Assembly (NCBI RefSeq): GCF_000025945.1
Contig: NC_006138.1
Coordinates: forward strand, 270,001-302,000
Source: Desulfotalea psychrophila LSv54
GTDB lineage: Bacteria; Desulfobacterota; Desulfobulbia; Desulfobulbales; Desulfocapsaceae
Direction of reading: 5' to 3'
DNA length: 32,000 nucleotides
This document shows, piece after piece, positions 25,987 through 32,000 of the stretch. How positions within the stretch are numbered: the stretch's first letter is position 1; each line of letters begins with the position of its first letter. A program made the position numbers and the translations under genes. The notes below the pieces were generated by a model. The model was given only the letters and a program-made list of their open reading frames with translations, was not told the DNA's origin and searched no databases.

Positions 25987-26396
25987 AAGGACCATTGCCC
26001 CAGCCCAAAGGTCTCCGCCAAAGGTAACATTTTGCCGGAGACTCCTACCCCTCTCATCCATGGAAAAAATTTTACCCCGCCACAGGCAGGAGCGGCCAGA
26101 GCTTCTTCCGCAGTAGTTCCCCTCTCTGGCCAAGGCCGGAAAGACACTCATACCCAGGACAAAAATCATATCCAGACACCTTTCTGCGACGCCAAAATGG
26201 TCAAAGATACTCAGCCTGCAGGGCGGGAAGCAGCCCACTTTTTACTACTGGAGAAATATCCCTCTTGCTCATCTTTAAATGAAAGATAGTTTTCTGTCGA
26301 TCATGCCACAGTTAATTGAGCAGGGGAGAATCTTCGATACAAAAAGCGACTAAAAATGGGCAAGAGAAGGCGACAAAGGGGAGACGAGGGGAGATA

Positions 26397-27011
26397 TCAA
26401 ATTAATTTTATCAGAAAAAAACTACCAATGAGGATAGCCATAAAGACAATGGATATTATATTGAAATAACGACTAATAAGATGCTTAATGGAAGCGCCAA
26501 ACTTCCAAACAAAGGCGGCCACCAGAAAAAATCTTGCTGCCCGGGAGACAATGGAGACAAGGACAAAGGCGGGAAAATTTAGCTGAAAGAAACCTGCCGA
26601 CAGGGTAAAAAGCTTATAGGGCAGGGGGGTAAAACCGGCAGTTCCCACCGCCAAGACACCATATTTATCATAGACCTGACGGACAATTTCATACTTATCG
26701 GCAAGGTTGTACATATTCATAATGCCCTGGCCAAGACTGTCCATAAACCAAAAGCCCAGACCATAACCAAACATACCACCCAAAACCGAGCCCAGGGTAC
26801 AGACAGCTGCATAACGAAAAGATTTAGCGGGAACGGCAATACAGAGGGCAATTAAAAAGACATCCGGCGGAATGGGAAAAACCGATGACTCAACAAAGGC
26901 TATGGCAAAAAGCGCCCATATGCCATAGGGGGTGGCCATCCACTCCATACAGCGACTATAGCTTCTCTGCACAATATTGGGCCGTTTCACGGCCTCTTTA
27001 CTTCCAACCAT
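26397..27011 (-). CDS. YqaA/DedA-like membrane protein (VTT-domain type)
   Basis: 'PYGIWALFAIAFVESSVFPIPPDVFLIALCIA', 'GSVLGGMFGYGLGFW', 'AGFTPLPYKLFTLSAGFF'. Alternative start to the track ORF at 27032. Confidence 0.83.
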   Translation of the reverse strand: MVGSKEAVKRPNIVQRSYSRCMEWMATPYGIWALFAIAFVESSVFPIPPDVFLIALCIAVPAKSFRYAAVCTLGSVLGGMFGYGLGFWFMDSLGQGIMNMYNLADKYEIVRQVYDKYGVLAVGTAGFTPLPYKLFTLSAGFFQLNFPAFVLVSIVSRAARFFLVAAFVWKFGASIKHLISRYFNIISIVFMAILIGSFFLIKLI

Positions 27012-27642
27012 GAACTCCCACCAGATCGACAAAACGGACAGGGGCCAGATCTTCCACTACAAAATCGTCTCCCTCCTTAGTCACTCGTTTCAACACCTGC
27101 TCATAACGAGGACCAACGGGAATAACCATGCGACCACCATCGGCGAGTTGATCAAGAAGGGGGGTGGGGATCTCAGGACTACCGGCAGTAACAATAATAG
27201 CATCATAGGGGGCAAATTCAGACCAACCCCGACTGCCATCGTCATACTTAGAGCGAATATTAAAATAACGAAGAGAATCAAAAACCTTGCGAGCCTTATT
27301 CAGCAGAGAGTGTATACATTCAACCGTATATACCTGCCGGCAAATCTTAGACAAAATTGCGGCCTGGTAACCGGAACCGGTTCCTATCTCCAACACCGTA
27401 TCACTGGCTGTAAGCTGCAAAAGGGAGGTCATATAGGCAACAATATAAGGCTGGGAAATAGTCTGTCCCTCGGTAATGGAGAGCGGATAATCCCCATAGG
27501 CACGCATCCTCTGTCCTTCATCGACAAAAAAATGACGAGGGACCTCAAGAATAGCATCAAGCGTTGCCATGTCAGTTACACCACGGGCAACAATCTGCTC
27601 CCGAAGCATCTTCTCTCGGGCAGTAGAGTAATTATCTATCAC
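26998..27642 (-). CDS. pcm: protein-L-isoaspartate O-methyltransferase
   Basis: 'LREQIVARGVTD', 'VPRHFFVDE', 'YPLSITEGQTISQPYIVAYM', 'VLEIGTGSGYQAAILSK', 'GGRMVIPVG'. The start is uncertain: GTG at 27642 overlapping the upstream stop, the track start 27702, or ATG 27609. Confidence 0.9.
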   Translation of the reverse strand: MIDNYSTAREKMLREQIVARGVTDMATLDAILEVPRHFFVDEGQRMRAYGDYPLSITEGQTISQPYIVAYMTSLLQLTASDTVLEIGTGSGYQAAILSKICRQVYTVECIHSLLNKARKVFDSLRYFNIRSKYDDGSRGWSEFAPYDAIIVTAGSPEIPTPLLDQLADGGRMVIPVGPRYEQVLKRVTKEGDDFVVEDLAPVRFVDLVGVHGWK

Positions 27643-28067
27643 TATCTTATCTCGCTGGCACTCTCTGTTTGAGTTGCATCTGCAGCAAGCTCTTCCTGCC
27701 ACTTAAAATCATCCTGCCAGTCTAGATCATCCTTATCAGAGGATGTGAACATGCAGGAGGCGACCTTATCCTTATTAAGCGTTACCAAAACCTTACTTAC
27801 CTCTGGAGTGCCAATATACTTGCCAAACCACGGAGCACCCTCAAGAAGGCTGCGACGATCGGCCTTATAATGCCAACGTTCCGTTCCGGCTGAACCAATT
27901 TCCACCTTATCGGGTTCACCGAGGTATAATAGGACATCATCACGGGTCGAGGTTCCCACCTGAATGAGAACGACATCAGAGGAGAGATGGCGCACTGGAG
28001 TATTGTAGCAACCAGCAACAAGGGTCAGTAAACTTACACACAACACCACTCTTAGAAATGCAGACAT
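27642..28067 (-). CDS. small lipoprotein with SmpA/OmlA-like outer-membrane-assembly region
   Basis: Signal peptide and lipobox 'LLTLVAGC'; 'VQVGTSTRDDVLLYLGEPDKVE...ERWHY' resembles the BamE/SmpA layout. Confidence 0.65.
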   Translation of the reverse strand: MSAFLRVVLCVSLLTLVAGCYNTPVRHLSSDVVLIQVGTSTRDDVLLYLGEPDKVEIGSAGTERWHYKADRRSLLEGAPWFGKYIGTPEVSKVLVTLNKDKVASCMFTSSDKDDLDWQDDFKWQEELAADATQTESASEIR

Positions 28068-28177
28068 ATGCTCTTACCTGTTTTTTTTTACACCGAGAAA
28101 AGACGGTCGTTCACTTACTTCTATATCCTGCAACAGGCTTTTTTTCAACGTTTATTAATTCAGAGAATGAGGCTGAC

Positions 28178-28217
28178 AAACAAAAAGAGGCCACGAACCC
28201 TGGGAAGATCCGTGGCC
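28178..28217 (-). terminator. rho-independent terminator of htpG
   Basis: On the minus strand: GGCCACG-(15 nt)-CGTGGCC followed by TCTTTTTGTTTG, 10 nt after the htpG stop. Confidence 0.75.
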
Positions 28218-28226
28218 AAAGCACTA

Positions 28227-30095
28227 CTAGGCTCTTGATACCGCTCGATCAAGAATCTTATAATTACGGGCAACCATCTTCAGAGGATCAACCACAAGAC
28301 CCGCCTGAATCATGGCATTATCCAGGATCTGATGGGCCACCTCACCGGCAAAACCTGCATCGGCCTTTCTCAGTTCAGCAAGTTGCTTGATCAGGGGATT
28401 TTTACCATTGATTTCAAGATGCTTCTTAGAACCATCTACACCGGCAATACCCTGCTCCTTACGACTTGCAGCAAGCACACGTTCCATGGATGCACTCATA
28501 AATCCATCGGCATTAACAATCATGGCCGGAGCATCAACCAAACGATGCGAGGAGAGAACGTCCCCTACCTCGTCTTTAAGCTCTTCTTTCATCCAGGTAA
28601 GCAATTCTGCCAACTCGGCCTTATCAACACCGCTCTCATCCACCAGAGCATCCTCGGCCTCTTCCTTATCAAGGGAGATATCGGCACCATCGGCTGAGAC
28701 AAGCTTCTTACCTTCAAATTCCTGAAGATGACTGAGAACAAAGTCATCAATAGGATCAAGGGTATAGACAATCTCAATGTCCTTCTTTTTGAACATCTCA
28801 ACATAGGGACCCGCCTCGATTGCGGCCCGACTTGCCCCATTGATATAGTAGATCTTTTCCTGATCAGGGTTCATGCGCAGGAGATAATCTGCAAGAGATA
28901 CAGGTACACCCAACTCAGATTTAGAGGTCTCGAAGCGAAGGAGTTTACCCAGTTCTTTCTGATACTCATAATCGGTGGTCACGCCCTCCTTGAGATAGAT
29001 GCCAAAGGTGGACCAAAACTGAAGATACTGCGACTCATCGCGGGTAGCCTCTTCGGCCAAATACTTGAGAAAACGCTTGGTAACCACCCGGCGAATCTTG
29101 CTCACCAAAGCATTGTCCTGCAGACTCTGGCGGGAGATATTAAGGGGAAGATCTTCACTATCCACCACACCTTTCAAGAAGCGCAACCAGCCTGGCAGGA
29201 TATTTTCGGAGTGTTGGTCGATAAGGATGCGTTGACAGTAGAGATTAACACCGGGCTCAACCCGACCAAAACCCATAACCTCAAAATTTTCCTTGGGAAC
29301 AAAGAGGAGCGATTTTATCGAGAGAGGGGCATCGGCTGAAAAATGCAATCTATAGGAAGGATCTTCGGTAGCATTGCCAATAAACTTATAAAATTCATTG
29401 TACTCCTCATCGCTGATCTCAGACTTGCTTCGACTCCAGAGGGCCTGAACGGTGTTCACGACCTCTCCCTTAAGCTTAATCGGGAAGGAGACAAATGAAG
29501 AGTACTGCTCAATAACATTTTTAATCTTCCAATCCTGGGCATACTCATGGGCATCGTCCTTCAGCTCCACAACAATGCGTGTTCCTCGGGCAAGTCCATC
29601 CAGAGGGGTGATGGTAAAAGAGCCCGCACCTTCGGAAAGCCACTCATGGCCCTGACTACCGTCCCATGAACGAGTTTGGACGCGCACCTTATTTCCCGCC
29701 ATAAAAGCAGCATAAAAGCCCACACCAAACTGACCGATGAGATTAACGTCTTTTTTTACAGCCTCGGCAAGTTCCGCATAAAAGCTACCAGATCCAGAGT
29801 GAGCGATAACCCCAAGGTTGTTGACCAACTCCTGCTCTGTCATACCAATACCGCTGTCACTGATGGTAAGGGTATGGGCCTCTTCGTCGAGATCGATGGT
29901 GATCTCAAGGGGAAGATCCTCGTCCAAAACTTCCTGGCAGGTAAGGGCTTCATGCCGCATTTTCTCCAGGGCATCCGCCGAGTTAGATATCAACTCACGA
30001 ACAAAAACATCACGCTCGGTATAGAGCGAGTTAATAACTATATCAAGTAGCTTTTTGGTCTCTGCCTGAAATTCATAGTTTTTTGCTTCTGTCAT
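28227..30095 (-). CDS. htpG: chaperone protein HtpG (Hsp90 family)
   Basis: 'YEFQAETKKLLDIVINSLYTERDVFVRELISNSADALEK', 'DSGIGMTEQELVNNLGVIAHSGS', 'LIGQFGVGFYAAFM'. ATG at 30095; the track start is 30104. Confidence 0.96.
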   Translation of the reverse strand: MTEAKNYEFQAETKKLLDIVINSLYTERDVFVRELISNSADALEKMRHEALTCQEVLDEDLPLEITIDLDEEAHTLTISDSGIGMTEQELVNNLGVIAHSGSGSFYAELAEAVKKDVNLIGQFGVGFYAAFMAGNKVRVQTRSWDGSQGHEWLSEGAGSFTITPLDGLARGTRIVVELKDDAHEYAQDWKIKNVIEQYSSFVSFPIKLKGEVVNTVQALWSRSKSEISDEEYNEFYKFIGNATEDPSYRLHFSADAPLSIKSLLFVPKENFEVMGFGRVEPGVNLYCQRILIDQHSENILPGWLRFLKGVVDSEDLPLNISRQSLQDNALVSKIRRVVTKRFLKYLAEEATRDESQYLQFWSTFGIYLKEGVTTDYEYQKELGKLLRFETSKSELGVPVSLADYLLRMNPDQEKIYYINGASRAAIEAGPYVEMFKKKDIEIVYTLDPIDDFVLSHLQEFEGKKLVSADGADISLDKEEAEDALVDESGVDKAELAELLTWMKEELKDEVGDVLSSHRLVDAPAMIVNADGFMSASMERVLAASRKEQGIAGVDGSKKHLEINGKNPLIKQLAELRKADAGFAGEVAHQILDNAMIQAGLVVDPLKMVARNYKILDRAVSRA

Positions 30096-30359
30096 CGAAA
30101 ACACCTCATTCGTGCGTGGTTATACTATCTGTGATAGCTCAGCCGGGCTGGCCATTATTATTCCCTTAATGCGGGCAAAATGTTAAACATTTATGGTAAT
30201 GTGTCAAGAGAGATATTGCAGGGAGAAGAGGAGTCATTACTAGCTATAATGTTTCGCTAAAAACCTGTAAGGCCCCTCACGGCTGTCCTTTACAGCAATT
30301 CTATAAGAGCCATAAAAGAGAAGAAGCTCATTCCACATATACCAAGAAAAGAGACGACA

Positions 30360-31757
30360 ATGACAAAACAACTCGATACCATTATTGTTGGAGCAGGCCT
30401 TTCAGGACTCACCGTGGCCCATAAACTTCGCCTCAAAGACAAACTACACAGCCTCCTGATTATTGACAGGGAGGAGCAAAGCGGCGGTGTCATACGTACC
30501 CATCGGCAAGATGGCTTTATCTCAGAAATTGGCCCCCATGGTTTCCTTGACAATAACCCTGCCAGTAAGCTCATCCTTGCCGAGACAGGTCTTGATAAGG
30601 AGACGGTAAAGGCACCGCTTATGGACTTTGTCCGCTATGTCTACCTCCACGACAAGCTGAACCTGATAGAGCAGACGCCAGGGAAAATTATCATGGCACC
30701 GCTGATCTCCTGGCCTGCCAAGTTCCGCGTTCTGGCCGATCTATGGAAGCGGCCGCTAGAGGGAGACCCCAGCATTGCCAAGTGGGTCGAACATCGCTTT
30801 GGCCCGGCCCTACTCCCCTTTATAGATGCAATCTTTACGGGAACCTACGCCGGAGACTACGAGACCCTGACCGTTGGCAGTGTCTGGCCTGGGGTACGTG
30901 AGTTGGAAAAAAAACATGGCTCCGTGATTCGCGGACTTATTGCAAGATGGATTGCAAAGAAGAGAACAGGTGACAAAACGCCTATGAACATGCCGTCCAT
31001 GACCAGTTTTGCCGAGGGTATGGCCCGTCTACCGGAGAGATTAAGTGAAGGGTTGTCTGCCGAAGAGCTCCTGCTGAATACCGATGTTACAGCCATTGCC
31101 AGAGGAGAAAATGGTTGGGCGGTAAAGACCGGGACAGGCGAAGAGTACAGGGCGACACAGCTTGTCCTGGCCCTGCCAACCAATGAAGCCCTGCGCTTAC
31201 TTGCACCCCTTAATACGGGAATGCCAATGCAAAAGATACCCGAGGCACGAATTGCCTCGGTAATCATGGGCTTCAAGGGGGCAACGCTACCTCCGGGATT
31301 TGGCTTTCTCACCCCTGAAGTGGAAAAACGTTTTTCTCTCGGCTGCCTCTTCTCTTCAAATATGTTTCCGGGCCGAGCCCCAGAAGGCCATGTGGTGATC
31401 GAGACCCTGGTTGGAGGCAAGCGCCACCCTGAAAGGCTGAATCTGGACGATGAAACCATAATCGAGAGGGCATTAGCTGATATTAGAGCGATCCTTGACC
31501 TGCCGAACCCTCCCGTCTATACCAGGGTACTCCGCTCAAAGTCAGGAATCCCCCAACTGGAAGAGGGCTACCCGGAACTTCTCTCCTGGCGTGATGCCCT
31601 GGTAAGAACCTATCCTGGACTCCATCTCTGCGGTTTTGGTTGGGAAGGTATTGGACTCAATGAGATGATGAAGGCAGGTACCAGAGTGGCCGAGGCTGTA
31701 CTGGATGCCGGAGGTAGCGCCTCGGCTCAGGCAGAGATAAAGGGCATTTATTTTTAA
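30360..31757 (+). CDS. hemG: protoporphyrinogen oxidase, HemY/HemG (FAD, oxygen-type) family
   Basis: 'DTIIVGAGLSGLTVAHKL', 'GGVIRTHRQDGFISEIGPHGFLDNNP', 'FTGTYAGDYETLTVGSVWPGVRELEKKHGSVIRG', C-term 'HLCGFGWEGIGLNEMMKAGTRVAEAVL'. Confidence 0.88.
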   Translation: MTKQLDTIIVGAGLSGLTVAHKLRLKDKLHSLLIIDREEQSGGVIRTHRQDGFISEIGPHGFLDNNPASKLILAETGLDKETVKAPLMDFVRYVYLHDKLNLIEQTPGKIIMAPLISWPAKFRVLADLWKRPLEGDPSIAKWVEHRFGPALLPFIDAIFTGTYAGDYETLTVGSVWPGVRELEKKHGSVIRGLIARWIAKKRTGDKTPMNMPSMTSFAEGMARLPERLSEGLSAEELLLNTDVTAIARGENGWAVKTGTGEEYRATQLVLALPTNEALRLLAPLNTGMPMQKIPEARIASVIMGFKGATLPPGFGFLTPEVEKRFSLGCLFSSNMFPGRAPEGHVVIETLVGGKRHPERLNLDDETIIERALADIRAILDLPNPPVYTRVLRSKSGIPQLEEGYPELLSWRDALVRTYPGLHLCGFGWEGIGLNEMMKAGTRVAEAVLDAGGSASAQAEIKGIYF

Positions 31758-31781
31758 TCCTTGCAGGACCAGAAAAAGATC

Positions 31782-31823
31782 AAAAAAAAGGGGCTGTAAC
31801 GATATTCGTTACAGCCCCTTTTT
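31782..31823. terminator. bidirectional rho-independent terminator between hemG and dnaA
   Basis: A-run, GGGGCTGTAAC (31790-31800), GATATTC loop, GTTACAGCCCC (31808-31818), T-run; perfect 11-bp stem. Confidence 0.93.
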
Positions 31824-31841
31824 AAATTTTAGATGAAAATA

Positions 31842-32000
31842 CTATATCTGTTTTACCTTATCACTGAGCAGATTAACCTGAGCACCGAGGGACATATCGC
31901 GTCGTGCCTTGTCCGTAATAACCTTTACGGAATGAATCACCGTTGAGTGGTCACGCTTATAGGTGCGGCCAATCTCGGCAAGGGACTCTTCGGTGAATTT
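31842..32000 (-). CDS. dnaA: chromosomal replication initiator protein DnaA, C-terminal end (partial, runs off the window)
   Basis: Manual translation of the minus strand gives '...KFTEESLAEIGRTYKRDHSTVIHSVKVITDKARRDMSLGAQVNLLSDKVKQI*', the DnaA domain IV DNA-binding signature. Confidence 0.85.
   Translation of the reverse strand, partial: KFTEESLAEIGRTYKRDHSTVIHSVKVITDKARRDMSLGAQVNLLSDKVKQI

Noticed and set aside
25858-26238. 126-aa minus-strand ORF, and 94-aa plus ORF 25832-26116
   Set aside because: Overlap the end of the COG2509 gene or noncoding gap; no plausible protein signature.
1-32000. CRISPR arrays, transposases, phage genes, toxin-antitoxin or defence systems
   Set aside because: No regularly spaced direct repeats, cas-like proteins, transposase/integrase motifs or recognised defence domains were seen.
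1-32000. tRNA and rRNA genes
   Set aside because: No TPsiC-arm-like or rRNA core segments noticed by eye; a tRNAscan/Infernal run would be needed to exclude them fully.

Overview
This 32 kb window is from a delta-proteobacterium-type anaerobe. The gene content and protein styles resemble the sulfate-reducing Desulfobulbales/Desulfotalea; this is an inference, since no database search was run. Left to right it contains: (1) a minus-strand menaquinone cluster (hotdog thioesterase, menF, menD, menB, menC, menE); (2) a plus-strand RNase P RNA, fused ispDF, an M20 peptidase and purF; (3) a degenerate receiver/pseudo-GGDEF protein and two small unknown ORFs; (4) a long, tightly packed minus-strand locus around a Desulfovibrio-Mop-type molybdenum hydroxylase: XdhC, PaaK-like AMP-dependent ligase, COG1964/Tes-like radical SAM, C_GCAxxG_C_C protein, SAM methyltransferase, 71-aa zinc-ribbon-like redox protein, GltD/ferredoxin/CCG fusion protein, Mop, and a MoeA-like molybdopterin-binding protein with a Cys-rich tail; (5) a long structured intergenic region and a COG2509 FAD dehydrogenase; (6) YqaA-type membrane protein, pcm, a small lipoprotein, htpG, a HemY/HemG-type protoporphyrinogen oxidase, and the 3' end of dnaA. 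The best candidate for a poorly described system is locus (4). It matches the DVU_1552-1559-like 'Trs' neighbourhood as I recall it. Its biochemical function is, to my knowledge, not established. Secondary interest lies in several intergenic RNA/DNA structures (19869-19909, 24332-24442, 24524-24563) and the degenerate signalling protein.
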